Shown: piece by piece, positions 54,933 through 64,000 of the stretch | How the letters are laid out: each line of letters starts with the position of its first letter | How positions within the stretch are numbered: the stretch's first letter is position 1 | Assembly: GCA_034669905.1 (NCBI GenBank) | Contig: JAXMOL010000001.1 | Location: forward strand, 128,001-192,000 | Source: Candidatus Hydrogenedentota bacterium | Lineage (GTDB): Bacteria; Hydrogenedentota; Hydrogenedentia; Hydrogenedentales; JAEUWI01 | Direction: 5' to 3' | DNA length: 64,000 nucleotides | The notes under the pieces: model-generated | What the model saw: the letters and a program-made list of their open reading frames with translations, nothing else | Databases searched by the model: none | What the model was told of the DNA's origin: nothing | Translations under genes and position numbers: made by a program

Positions 54933-57900
54933 TTATTGACCGACGAGTCGTTGGGTACCGCGCAGGAGGCTGCGCGCACCGCTCTCAAGACTCTTCAGGG
55001 GCCCCAACTTCCCGGCCCGGAAGGTCGGGTCAGTGGCCGCCCCCCCGAGTCGCAATTCCACGCCAAATGCCTTGTTCATCATCTCGGCGGCATCGCCCAG
55101 GAGCGGTATGTTGCTGGCCACCCCCGTCACGCCCTCCAGGATCTGAAGGTCAATGTGCCCCTCCGCCGTATCCTTTGGAAAATCGAGTATGGCTTCGGCG
55201 TCGATCACGTAGGTGGAATCCTCCATGTGGTAGGGCGACAGGTGGAACACGCCCGACTCGATGCTCAGATCGCCTGCGAGGGCCGTGAAGGTCACCCCCT
55301 TATCTCGTAGAGAAGGAATACGCAGCCGCAGGATATCGGTCGTACGCAGGGCCGTCAGAAACTTCGAGGCCAGCCCCGCTTTTCCCAGGGTTCCGTTCCG
55401 GGCACTGAAGGAAACGGTGCCGTCCATGCCATTCAAGGAGGGCGTATCGTCTTCGTAAAGCGGGATGGACAAGACCGCCCGGCCATCGACTGCGCCACGC
55501 ATATCGCGGGTGCTTTCACTGAGCAGCGACTCGATCAGACCCAAATCAATGGACATAAGCACGAGGTCAAGATCGATGCGGTCGGTCTTTCCTGCGCCAT
55601 CCCCCCCTTGCCAAACGACCGTGCCGGTTCCGCGGCCATCGCCGCTCTTGAACTGGAGATTCGAAAAAGTCGTGTCGTCGCCCGCCTGTGTGAGTACCCC
55701 GCGCACATCGCTCACTACCGCGTCGCCCCATCCCAGCGTATCGAGGGCTACGTCGATGGTGCCGATGGTGAAGGACGGGGTGTCCTCCTTCGGTGCTACC
55801 CCTTCGTCGCCTGCCCACCAACTGTTCCAGGCGGCATAGTCGGCGGTGATCTGGTCCAGCTCGAGTGCCCCACCTGTGAGAGAGCCCGACCAGCCATCCG
55901 AACCGTTATCCAGTATCACGCGGGTAACATGGCCCCGGTAACTAAGGTCCAGCCCTTCGACCGCCCCGTGCCTACCGTTCCATTTCACCGGCCCATGGAG
56001 CCCCAATGGCGGCACGGATTCCCCGAGTTTCACGAGAACGTTCACCGCGTCGAGGGTAGCGCGTGCGCCATTGGCCTCGAAGCCTCCGTTCACCGTCCCA
56101 CCAAGCGCCGCCCCCGCCGGAAACAGCCCGGCCAATTCCACCAGATTGAGCGACACGGCATCACTCCCCACGCCCTCACTGCCCAGATAGAACGGGGTTC
56201 GGGTGCCGCCGAGTTGAAGCGTACCGGTGCTCAGGTCATTATTCCCGTCCGCCAGACTTCCAGAAATCTCGACGATTGCGGGAAAGCCGGAAGGCTTCGT
56301 AATCACCTCCCACGCAGCCGTAACGGGCGTAAAGTCCAACGCGATATCCATGGCATCGCGGGACGGTTCGTAGTGCAAATCCACCCCAACGTCACCGGTC
56401 GCCGTGACGCCTTCCGGAATCCATTCCGGGACCAGGCCCATCGGCACGGTGGCCACGGCACGCACCGCGGCAAGCTTCGTGGCTTCGGTCAACCCCACCG
56501 TGCCCGAGAAGGCGAGGGGCGTCTCGGAAGAAAAGCTGAGTTGACGGCTCTCCCGGGTGTATTGCGCCTGAAGGGTCACCCTATCGAGCCGCTTCAGGAT
56601 GTTATCCAACGACGGGTTTTCGGCGGTTTCCACCCCCAACGCCCTCGCGGCCTTCGCAACCTGGAGCACGACCTCCCCCTTCAGGAGGCCCTTGTCCGGG
56701 GCGTAATCACCCTTCGCCTGGAGGGGACCCAAGGTGTCACTCTGTCCCTTCAGGGCATAGGTGACCCGGTTCTCTGCCGCCGAAAGGGCCACAGAATCGA
56801 TGTGTACGGCGTCGACATAGTGGGCAAAGCTCAAGCCCAGGTCGAGCCCCGTGACCTGACCGTCTACGCGCAAATCATGGACCTCCCCGTCGCTCCGGGA
56901 AAAACGACCGGATACCTGGGGACAGTTCAAGGTGCCATTGGATACCGCCACATGGGTATCGGGATAGAAAGGTCGCCAGATAGGGCTGATAAGTTCACTA
57001 CGAAACGCGGCGGCAAAAGTCCAGTTGTCGAAGTGTTCGTCCCACTGCACCTCCGCCGTGACTTCACTCCCCAAGGCGACCAATCGATTGAGGCACAGGG
57101 CGCTGTCCTCCAATGAAATATAGCCACCAATATGATCGAGCGGCGTGAATTCCTGGCGATCCCGGTTCCACAGCGCGATGGCACCATCGCGCAGTTCGGT
57201 GTCCAGAAAGGTGGCCGAGAGCAGGGGCTGCCCATCGAGGAGCGTCGTGGTACAGCGAAGCACCTCGACCGTACCCCCTTCGAGCTTCAACCACTCCTGC
57301 CACGCGGGCAGCAGGGGCACCGTGGGCCCCAGATACAGTTGGCCCGTCAGATCCAACTGCATGGTACCCCCGTCCGATTCCACGAGCGTCCCCGACAGAT
57401 TCAGAAAGTCGCCGGACAGGTCCCGGATCTCGTAGCGCCCCGGGCTGATGGCCACGTGACTCCGCAACCCGGACACGGCAAAATCGGGCCCGTCGAGGAG
57501 GAGATCGACGCCGTCGGTGCGCACAACGCCCGAATCGAGAAAAAACTCCCCTCCCTCATCCACCCCAAGGCGCAGGGTCTCCAGGGCACCCCGTGCCATG
57601 CCATCGCTACCGGCGCGCAGGGGCAACTCCGGCACGAAGGCCAGCACCCAATCAACCCCCTCTCCCTCCAGAGAAGCCCTATCCACATGCAGGGCCCAGG
57701 CCGCATCGGAAGCGAGGGTCAGGGCTGCCTCTGCGACTACGGGCGGGGTATCGATTTCGAGGGTGGTGATGTCGAGGGTGCCCCCCTCGTAGGTAGAAGC
57801 CAAGGCAAAGGTTCCCAACGGCGCAGGCCGGGACGGCGCATAGATGTCGCCCGCTGCGGTCCAGGTAAGTCGGTCGTCCTGCGAAAAGGAGTACTCCAGG

Positions 57901-58649
57901 TCACCGTCGAGGCGAAAATCGGGGAGCCGGCGGTCGTCTGTGATTTCAGCGAGGGGCAATCCGGAAACCGATGCCACGCCCGCCAGAAGGGGCTCTTCGT
58001 TCACGGTCAGGGTGAGGGCACCCTCCAGTTCCGGCGTACCGGCAATCCCCACCACGGTAGCGGTGAAGACAAACTCCGGGGCCCCCTCCGTAACCTCCGA
58101 GACCGTCAGGGCCGCCTCCCCATAGCGCCAGTCTCCCCGGTAGATCGTAATTTCTGGCGCGGCTATCTCGGCCAGGGTCACCTTGAGCATGGGTTTTCCG
58201 GTCGTGGGGTCGGGCGTGTTGAGGTCCAGCATGTAGTCCGACCAGCGCTCACCAAAGTCGGCGGCCGACGCGGGAAGCTGGATACGGGCTTCCTCAATCA
58301 GGACCGTCCGCAGGTCAAGACGGCGCTGGAGCAACGCCCCGAGGTGGGCAGTTACCGACACCTGGGGCGCGGTGACCATGAAGCCGGGTTCTCCCAGCGT
58401 CACATCGTTGACCACGAGTCGGGGCGTCGGAAAGAGACGGAGGTCCATGGCACCAAATTCGAGGGGCAACTCAATGAGCAACTCAAGCTCTTTGTCGATG
58501 ATGGGTCGGTAGCGCTCGATATCGATGAATTGTTTGACCACCTGCCAGCCCCCCACCAGGAGGAGGAGGGGAAGGAGGAGCAACACGATGCGACGGCGGC
58601 GGCGTTTGCCCGGCGCCGCAGACTGGGTAGTGGGGGTAGAGGAAGCCAT
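54933..58649 (-). CDS. AsmA-like family protein
   Basis: N-terminal TM plus 'D.ERYRP.I...L', long beta-rich body, C-terminal 'G...F..L.G.L.I..G' AsmA-C-like region. Confidence 0.78.
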   Translation of the reverse strand: MASSTPTTQSAAPGKRRRRRIVLLLLPLLLLVGGWQVVKQFIDIERYRPIIDKELELLIELPLEFGAMDLRLFPTPRLVVNDVTLGEPGFMVTAPQVSVTAHLGALLQRRLDLRTVLIEEARIQLPASAADFGERWSDYMLDLNTPDPTTGKPMLKVTLAEIAAPEITIYRGDWRYGEAALTVSEVTEGAPEFVFTATVVGIAGTPELEGALTLTVNEEPLLAGVASVSGLPLAEITDDRRLPDFRLDGDLEYSFSQDDRLTWTAAGDIYAPSRPAPLGTFALASTYEGGTLDITTLEIDTPPVVAEAALTLASDAAWALHVDRASLEGEGVDWVLAFVPELPLRAGSDGMARGALETLRLGVDEGGEFFLDSGVVRTDGVDLLLDGPDFAVSGLRSHVAISPGRYEIRDLSGDFLNLSGTLVESDGGTMQLDLTGQLYLGPTVPLLPAWQEWLKLEGGTVEVLRCTTTLLDGQPLLSATFLDTELRDGAIALWNRDRQEFTPLDHIGGYISLEDSALCLNRLVALGSEVTAEVQWDEHFDNWTFAAAFRSELISPIWRPFYPDTHVAVSNGTLNCPQVSGRFSRSDGEVHDLRVDGQVTGLDLGLSFAHYVDAVHIDSVALSAAENRVTYALKGQSDTLGPLQAKGDYAPDKGLLKGEVVLQVAKAARALGVETAENPSLDNILKRLDRVTLQAQYTRESRQLSFSSETPLAFSGTVGLTEATKLAAVRAVATVPMGLVPEWIPEGVTATGDVGVDLHYEPSRDAMDIALDFTPVTAAWEVITKPSGFPAIVEISGSLADGNNDLSTGTLQLGGTRTPFYLGSEGVGSDAVSLNLVELAGLFPAGAALGGTVNGGFEANGARATLDAVNVLVKLGESVPPLGLHGPVKWNGRHGAVEGLDLSYRGHVTRVILDNGSDGWSGSLTGGALELDQITADYAAWNSWWAGDEGVAPKEDTPSFTIGTIDVALDTLGWGDAVVSDVRGVLTQAGDDTTFSNLQFKSGDGRGTGTVVWQGGDGAGKTDRIDLDLVLMSIDLGLIESLLSESTRDMRGAVDGRAVLSIPLYEDDTPSLNGMDGTVSFSARNGTLGKAGLASKFLTALRTTDILRLRIPSLRDKGVTFTALAGDLSIESGVFHLSPYHMEDSTYVIDAEAILDFPKDTAEGHIDLQILEGVTGVASNIPLLGDAAEMMNKAFGVELRLGGAATDPTFRAGKLGPLKSLESGARSLLRGTQRLVGQ

Positions 58650-58702
58650 AGCCCCCAATTTTAGCAGGGTTGGTAGTGGCCATCACAGTACCACGACATC
58701 CC

Positions 58703-60562
58703 TCAGGGCGACGGCTTTACGCGGTAGACGGCCCCCCGCCCTTCGTGCCGCACGGCCTCCAGCCAGGGGGTGACATCCAAGGCAGTGCGCGTGTCTTCGG
58801 CTACCGGCCAGGTATGGGGGAGGTAGATCCAATCCACGCACCAGGTGTCGGCAATCTGCTTGCGTGTCGCCTCCGAACTCGTCGGGTCGAGGAAGGCCGC
58901 CACCGTTTCGGCAAGCATGGGATAGGCCTGGTCGGTCAGATTGAAGGAGCCAACCCCAAAAACGACGGGATTTCGACGCTGGCGGACGACCACATCGCTC
59001 GCCGGCGCAGGGGCCAGGACCGTGCCTGCACCGAGGTGTTCCAGGAGCCGTTGGTCGATCAGGGACATGGACTCAGCGTGCAGCGCCGGCCAGGGGCCTT
59101 CCGCGTTGTGGCGCCCGAGCGCAGTCTGAAAGGCGATCAGCGCCACTCCCATGGAGGTGAGCCCCATCCCCAGCACGATGCCTTGGGCGACCATGCGGCG
59201 TGACGGCGCCATCCAGATCAAGCCCTGGGCCGCGAGAATGGCCAGGGGCAACCAGAGAAATATCTGGAGACGTTGGGGGCCGAATCGGAGAAACCACCCC
59301 TGACCGAATCCCGATAGGGACAGGGCGGTAAAGCTGAGAAACCAGAGCAGGATCCAGTCGGGCACGGCCGGTACGGAGGCGGCGTCTCCCCGGTGTCGCC
59401 ATCCCCATAGCAGCCCAGGCAACGCGCCCAGCAGGGCCCCATCTGAAATCGCGGCCGCAACGGCACCGTCATTCCCCCTCAGCAGATTCCCATAGTAGCC
59501 CTGGTAAAGGAGGTAGCCTATCGCATAGGCCACGAGATAGCCCACCGTGGCCGAGAGCAGGATACGAAGGAGCCGCTGTGCGCCCTGGATACGCTGGTAG
59601 ATATAGGGAGCGCCAATGAGCAGGGGGCAGCCCGCCACCAGAATAAAGGGAGAGAACCACATGGCCATGTTGCCCACGACCACGTGATTTTCCACCACGG
59701 CTGGATTGCTCCGAAGCAGTAGGAAGGCCAGTCGAACGCCCAGGCCGCTGACCAGCGGAAAGTACCCCGCCGCCAGAACCCGCCGTTTTGGGGTGGCCGT
59801 GCCTTCCAACAGCAAGTACATGAGCATGAGTATGCTGGTAAAGGTCCCGTAGCGGGCATTCAGGAAGCTGGCGAGCAACAAGGCCACCAGCCCCCCCCAG
59901 GGCAGTCGACTCCCCGCTCCCCGGGTCCACCGTATCAGACTGGTCAGTGCGGCCAGGCAGCCCGCCAGCGAGAGCGTGTAGTAAAGCCGTGGCCCGTAGA
60001 GCACCGGATTAAAATGGGGACCTTCCATGAGGTCATAGACCGCAAAACGAAAGAACCCGGCCTCGAAGTCAGGTGCATCGTGCATGCCCAACAACCCCGT
60101 CAGCAGGTAGAGTATCCCCCCCGGTCCGCCCCCCAGGGCAAAGAGGACGAAGGCGGTGGTGGCCAGGCGGGGCACCACCACACCCAGAAAGCGGTAGGTT
60201 ACCCAGAGAAAGCAGGCCATACCCATCCCATTGGCGAGTCCGTAGAGTAAAAACGGAGGTATGGGAAGGAATCCCTTCAGGAGTCCCAGCAGCCCGTAGA
60301 GCCACAGATGGGGTACGCTATAGTAGACCCTGGCCTGGTCGCCTTGAGAGGCCTGACAGGTCGCATAGGGCGACGCAAAGCCACTGGGAAACATGTCCAT
60401 GCTCTCGATAAAGAGGGCACTGTCGGGGATGTGCAGCCCCGTGGGGACGGTGCCGGGTGGGGGCGCCCAGAGAATGAGGGCATGCACAAGGGGCTGCAGG
60501 GCCGCCAGGAGCACGATGAGCACCCCAATCGCCCGTGGCATCGGACGGCTGTCAGCGGTCAT
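58703..60562 (-). CDS. Polytopic membrane protein, possibly GT-C-fold glycosyltransferase
   Basis: More than 10 TM segments plus a C-terminal soluble domain; near a GT4 gene. Confidence 0.5.
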   Translation of the reverse strand: MTADSRPMPRAIGVLIVLLAALQPLVHALILWAPPPGTVPTGLHIPDSALFIESMDMFPSGFASPYATCQASQGDQARVYYSVPHLWLYGLLGLLKGFLPIPPFLLYGLANGMGMACFLWVTYRFLGVVVPRLATTAFVLFALGGGPGGILYLLTGLLGMHDAPDFEAGFFRFAVYDLMEGPHFNPVLYGPRLYYTLSLAGCLAALTSLIRWTRGAGSRLPWGGLVALLLASFLNARYGTFTSILMLMYLLLEGTATPKRRVLAAGYFPLVSGLGVRLAFLLLRSNPAVVENHVVVGNMAMWFSPFILVAGCPLLIGAPYIYQRIQGAQRLLRILLSATVGYLVAYAIGYLLYQGYYGNLLRGNDGAVAAAISDGALLGALPGLLWGWRHRGDAASVPAVPDWILLWFLSFTALSLSGFGQGWFLRFGPQRLQIFLWLPLAILAAQGLIWMAPSRRMVAQGIVLGMGLTSMGVALIAFQTALGRHNAEGPWPALHAESMSLIDQRLLEHLGAGTVLAPAPASDVVVRQRRNPVVFGVGSFNLTDQAYPMLAETVAAFLDPTSSEATRKQIADTWCVDWIYLPHTWPVAEDTRTALDVTPWLEAVRHEGRGAVYRVKPSP

Positions 60563-60947
60563 ACCCGACTCCGACCCCCAGCAGGGCTAAGGCCAGGGCC
60601 GTCGTCACCGCACCGGACACGTAAATAAACCATTGGGTCGGGCGGGACCAGGTGCTGTATAGGCCCCGGAGGGCATAGCGCCAGATAGTGGCCGCAGCCA
60701 GGCCGTTGCTGAACATTCCGATGACCACGATCCCAATGACATCCTCACCGCGATAGGCCCGGTGCAGTCCAAACACATAGACCATCGTCAGGGCCAGATA
60801 GGCCCCACCCAGGAGGCGAACAAACAAGATGGGCTCTGCGATAGGGAGTCGGTAGCGTACCATCAGGGCGTGGGGCAAGAAGAGCATGGGCACACTCCAC
60901 CCCAGGAAGGTAACCACGATCGTAATCCAGAGCAGGCTGATGAGCAT
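60552..60947 (-). CDS. Small four-TM membrane protein
   Basis: Four hydrophobic segments; overlaps the next gene's start; start may be 60959. Confidence 0.65.
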   Translation of the reverse strand: MLISLLWITIVVTFLGWSVPMLFLPHALMVRYRLPIAEPILFVRLLGGAYLALTMVYVFGLHRAYRGEDVIGIVVIGMFSNGLAAATIWRYALRGLYSTWSRPTQWFIYVSGAVTTALALALLGVGVGYDR

Positions 60948-61096
60948 GGGGTGATCCAACGTTGGTACGTGCCACTGTGGAGACCTTACCCCGTGGAAGC
61001 CGATGGGGTCAACCGCTCCCCTTTTCCGGCCTGTCCCAACTGGTGTATGCTCGGGGTCTTGGAATGAATGCAGCTAACCTGGCAGGATTAAGACCT

Positions 61097-62311
61097 ATGA
61101 AGACCTCACACCCCCTTTTCGTATCGACCCTGGCGCTCTTGTCTGGCATTGTAGGTGCCGCCCACGTCGGTGCCGCGCAACCCACTTTCGTGGATGTGGA
61201 CCCGGATTCGGGCCTCTCCGCGGCCGTCGTCGTGGAAGACAAGGCCCTGGCCCACACGACCCAACTCTACCCCCTGAATGCAGCGGGTGTGGTCGTGGGT
61301 GCTACCTTGGATGAACAATTGGGCACGGTCGTCGGCCACGTGGAAACCGCCCTGAGCGAAGTGGGATCCAAGCTGTCCCTTATCGCCCGGCTCAACGTCT
61401 ATGTAAGCAGCGACGCACTGGCCCGGGAAGTGGAGGGGCTCCTGGCGGGGAACCTGGGTCCCGACAGCCACCCGGCCTGTACGGTGGTGGTTACACCGCT
61501 GGCCGATCCCAAGGCCCTGGTGGCCCTGGATGCCGTTGCGGCCGTTGTAGATGACCGGGCACCCAAGATGGTGCTGCGGCACGCCAGCCCCAATCTTCCC
61601 CCCCGTCGCGGTGGGGCCCATGTCACGGTATTGCCCAAGGGACGTACGCTCTACATTTCCGGCATGGCCGAGTCGACCCCCGATCTGGTCAAAGCAACCG
61701 TGGGCACCATGAAGCAACTTCACCGCGTCCTGGCGCTGAACAAGACGACCGATGCCGAGGTGGTCCATCTGAAAACCTACATGAAGCCCATGTCGGAAGT
61801 GGACACCGTCGAGAAAATCATGGCCGCCTACTATCCGGACAGCCCCGCGCCGGGTATGAGCTATGTGGAATGGCGCAACGGTCTGCCCATTGAAATCGAA
61901 TTGATTGCCCACCTCCCCACCCCCGGCGATGGCACGGAAACCGTGGCACTGCGTTGGCAGCCCGAGGAAAAACGTTCTCCCGTGTATTGCCGCTTCGCCG
62001 TGGTGGACAGCCCGACCCGAATCTACACCAAGGGTTTTCTCGCGGAAGAAGCGAGCGATGCAAACAGCCAGATTCACAGCATCTACCGTCAGTTGACCGA
62101 CGTCATCACCCCGCTGGGCAGCGATCTGCGCCACCTGGTCAAGGCGACCTATTACCATTCGGCCGATGACACGAGCGTGGCGCTGAATGAAATCCGCCCC
62201 GAATACTACGACCCCGAGCGCCCGCCAGCCGCCTCCAAGGCGCTCATCACGGGCACCGGGGACGCGAAGCGCAGCATGCTTATCGACATGATTGCCGTAC
62301 CCAAACCCTGA
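61097..62311 (+). CDS. Exported protein with three tandem RidA/YjgF-like domains
   Basis: Signal peptide; repeated 'L..ARLNVYV', 'LYISG...VVHLKTY...IEIELIA', 'L.HLVKATYY...IDMIAVP'. Confidence 0.8.
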   Translation: MKTSHPLFVSTLALLSGIVGAAHVGAAQPTFVDVDPDSGLSAAVVVEDKALAHTTQLYPLNAAGVVVGATLDEQLGTVVGHVETALSEVGSKLSLIARLNVYVSSDALAREVEGLLAGNLGPDSHPACTVVVTPLADPKALVALDAVAAVVDDRAPKMVLRHASPNLPPRRGGAHVTVLPKGRTLYISGMAESTPDLVKATVGTMKQLHRVLALNKTTDAEVVHLKTYMKPMSEVDTVEKIMAAYYPDSPAPGMSYVEWRNGLPIEIELIAHLPTPGDGTETVALRWQPEEKRSPVYCRFAVVDSPTRIYTKGFLAEEASDANSQIHSIYRQLTDVITPLGSDLRHLVKATYYHSADDTSVALNEIRPEYYDPERPPAASKALITGTGDAKRSMLIDMIAVPKP

Positions 62312-62347
62312 TTTCATGCCCGTCGTCGTGGGGGTGCGGACGGCTAT

Positions 62348-63514
62348 TCAGTCCGCACCCACCACACGCCGGTAAATCTCCAGATGTCCTTGGGCACTCT
62401 CCGCCCAGGAAGGGCCCGCGTGCTCTCCCCCACCCCCGACCACTTCCTCGGATTCGAGCAGGGCCACCAATGCCCGCGCCAACGCTGCGGGATCCTGGGG
62501 TGGCACACAGTAGCGCGCATCGTGATGCACCAGTTCGGGCAATCCCCCGGTTTCCGTCACGAGGAGTGGCCTCCCAAAACCCAGGGCCTGCGCACCGACC
62601 GCACTCTGGGCATCGAAATGGGTGTAGGGCAGCACGACCAATCGGGCCGCCGCGAAATAATGGGGCACCGCAGTTTCCGGGACGTAGTCCAGCACGCAAC
62701 GCACGTGGTCACCCAAACCCCGCTCCGTGATGATGGTTTCGTAGGGTGTCCAGGCCCCCCAAGGCTTCCCTGCGATGACCAGCAGCACATCGGGGTGGGT
62801 GCGGCGCACCGTATCGAGGGCCTCCAAGAGCACGGCCACCCCTTTGTAGGGTCGGATTATCCCAAAAAACAAGAGGATAGGACGCACCGCAGATAATCCA
62901 AGCGTCCTGCAGGCTTCCTCCCGACCTGGCAACGCGGTCGTGCTTTTCGTAATACCCATGGGCACGTGGGAACTCCGATCCGATGGGATGGCGTAGTCCG
63001 TTTGTAGTTGCCGTAGGTTGGCGTCACTGTGCACCACGATATGACCTGCCAGGGCATAAATCATCCGGCTTGCCCACCGGAAGGGCCAACTCGGTTCGTG
63101 GGGCCGCACATTGTGGGCCGTCACCACGACCGGGATTCCGCGAAGGCGGGCAACGAGGGCAAAGACCACACACACCGGCGTGAGTGCCAGACTCCACCAT
63201 TGGATATGGAGCACCTCGCTACGCAGTCGAAAGGCCTCGATAAGCCACCCGACCGGGTTGTACCAGACGAGCGCATGCCGCAGCACCAACCCGTCCGCTG
63301 CCGGTGCCGCAACGGTGGGATCCATGACCTGGGAGACGCCGGGAAAGAGCCAGGAAGGATACATCGCGCGAAACCCCAATGCGTCCACAGGGGTGCGCGC
63401 CGCCAAGGCCTCGGCCAGGGCACCGCAGTATCCGGAAACACCCTGGGTCTGGGGCGGGAAGGAGCCAAGCAGGGTGACGGAAGGGGGTGGTATTTTGCGG
63501 GTCGTGTTCGGCAC
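62348..63514 (-). CDS. Glycosyltransferase family 4
   Basis: VVVTAHN..PHE, LFFGIIRPYKG, VVLPY...QSAV...A..FGRP..VT..GGLPE. Confidence 0.92.
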   Translation of the reverse strand: MPNTTRKIPPPSVTLLGSFPPQTQGVSGYCGALAEALAARTPVDALGFRAMYPSWLFPGVSQVMDPTVAAPAADGLVLRHALVWYNPVGWLIEAFRLRSEVLHIQWWSLALTPVCVVFALVARLRGIPVVVTAHNVRPHEPSWPFRWASRMIYALAGHIVVHSDANLRQLQTDYAIPSDRSSHVPMGITKSTTALPGREEACRTLGLSAVRPILLFFGIIRPYKGVAVLLEALDTVRRTHPDVLLVIAGKPWGAWTPYETIITERGLGDHVRCVLDYVPETAVPHYFAAARLVVLPYTHFDAQSAVGAQALGFGRPLLVTETGGLPELVHHDARYCVPPQDPAALARALVALLESEEVVGGGGEHAGPSWAESAQGHLEIYRRVVGAD

Positions 63515-63526
63515 GGAAAGGGGCGC

Positions 63527-64000
63527 CTACCCGAGGACGGCCTGCATCTCCGCCCATTGGGCCCGTCCCACCTCTTTGATACGTTCGTCGGGCCACGTCT
63601 CGAGCTTGGAATAGCAGGGGTGTTCATGTTCTTTGTAGGGGTTGTTCCGCGCCGCGTTGTAACAGCAAATGAGGGACCAGCGGGGGTTGTCGCTCAGGTT
63701 GGCGTCAGAACGATGGAGCACGTTGCTGTGGAACCAGAAGGCGTCGCCCGGCTCCAACTCGCAATACACCACTTCCATACGCTCCAGAATCTTTTCCATG
63801 CGCTCCAGGTCGGCACCGGTCTGGTTGCCGACGACCCCGTGATTGATGCGGCCCAGGTGATGGGAACCCGGAATCGCCTGGAGACAGCCATTGGCCTTCG
63901 TCGCGGCGTCAATACCGATGAGACAGCTGGCCATGAGGGGGTAAAGGCAGCCGTTGTTGTACCAGTAGCCATAATCCTGGTGCCATTCCCAGGCCCCGCC
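63527..64000 (-). CDS. Phytanoyl-CoA dioxygenase (PhyH) family Fe(II)/2OG enzyme, 5' truncated
   Basis: WEWHQDYGYW at the window edge, NGCLQ.IPGSH, PGDA.WFHSN.LHRS..N.S..PR. Confidence 0.9.
   Translation of the reverse strand, partial: GGAWEWHQDYGYWYNNGCLYPLMASCLIGIDAATKANGCLQAIPGSHHLGRINHGVVGNQTGADLERMEKILERMEVVYCELEPGDAFWFHSNVLHRSDANLSDNPRWSLICCYNAARNNPYKEHEHPCYSKLETWPDERIKEVGRAQWAEMQAVLG

Overview
GC-rich bacterial chromosomal window. Two DUF1559 prepilin-like paralogs with the 'ERF(F/L)ITDINNP...NHxPGGANVLxxDGHV' C-terminus, plus the lipoprotein style, suggest Ca. Hydrogenedentota or a PVC-like lineage (inference only). The backbone is housekeeping: pncB, nadE, aroF, scpB, rluB, pcrA/uvrD, pheA, exeA/exeB, an AsmA-like gene and glycosyltransferases. 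Three accessory systems stand out. (1) A divergently transcribed multiheme cytochrome island (14.1-22.7 kb, about 42-43 heme-binding motifs). It combines an ImcH-like NapC/NirT inner-membrane cytochrome, an MtrC/OmcA-type decaheme lipoprotein, an 8-9-heme cytochrome, a beta-barrel porin, a 14-heme c7/ExtA-like cytochrome and a c554-like tetraheme: a candidate hybrid Geobacter/Shewanella-type extracellular electron transfer conduit. (2) A His-rich leader ORF ending in a RAPP ribosome-arrest motif; the sequence just after RAPP can pair with the Shine-Dalgarno of the downstream DUF1559 gene. (3) A second DUF1559 gene heading an hmuTUV-hemS heme-uptake locus where a TonB-dependent receptor would normally sit. 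Also present: an unannotated 48-aa hydrophobic peptide gene, a long acidic 9-bp repeat tract in scpB, several unrelated REP/MITE-like inverted repeats, several apparent pseudo-enzymes and an ArnT-like gene remnant. No rRNA, tRNA, CRISPR array or transposase was recognised. All family assignments come from motif recognition by eye, not database searches.
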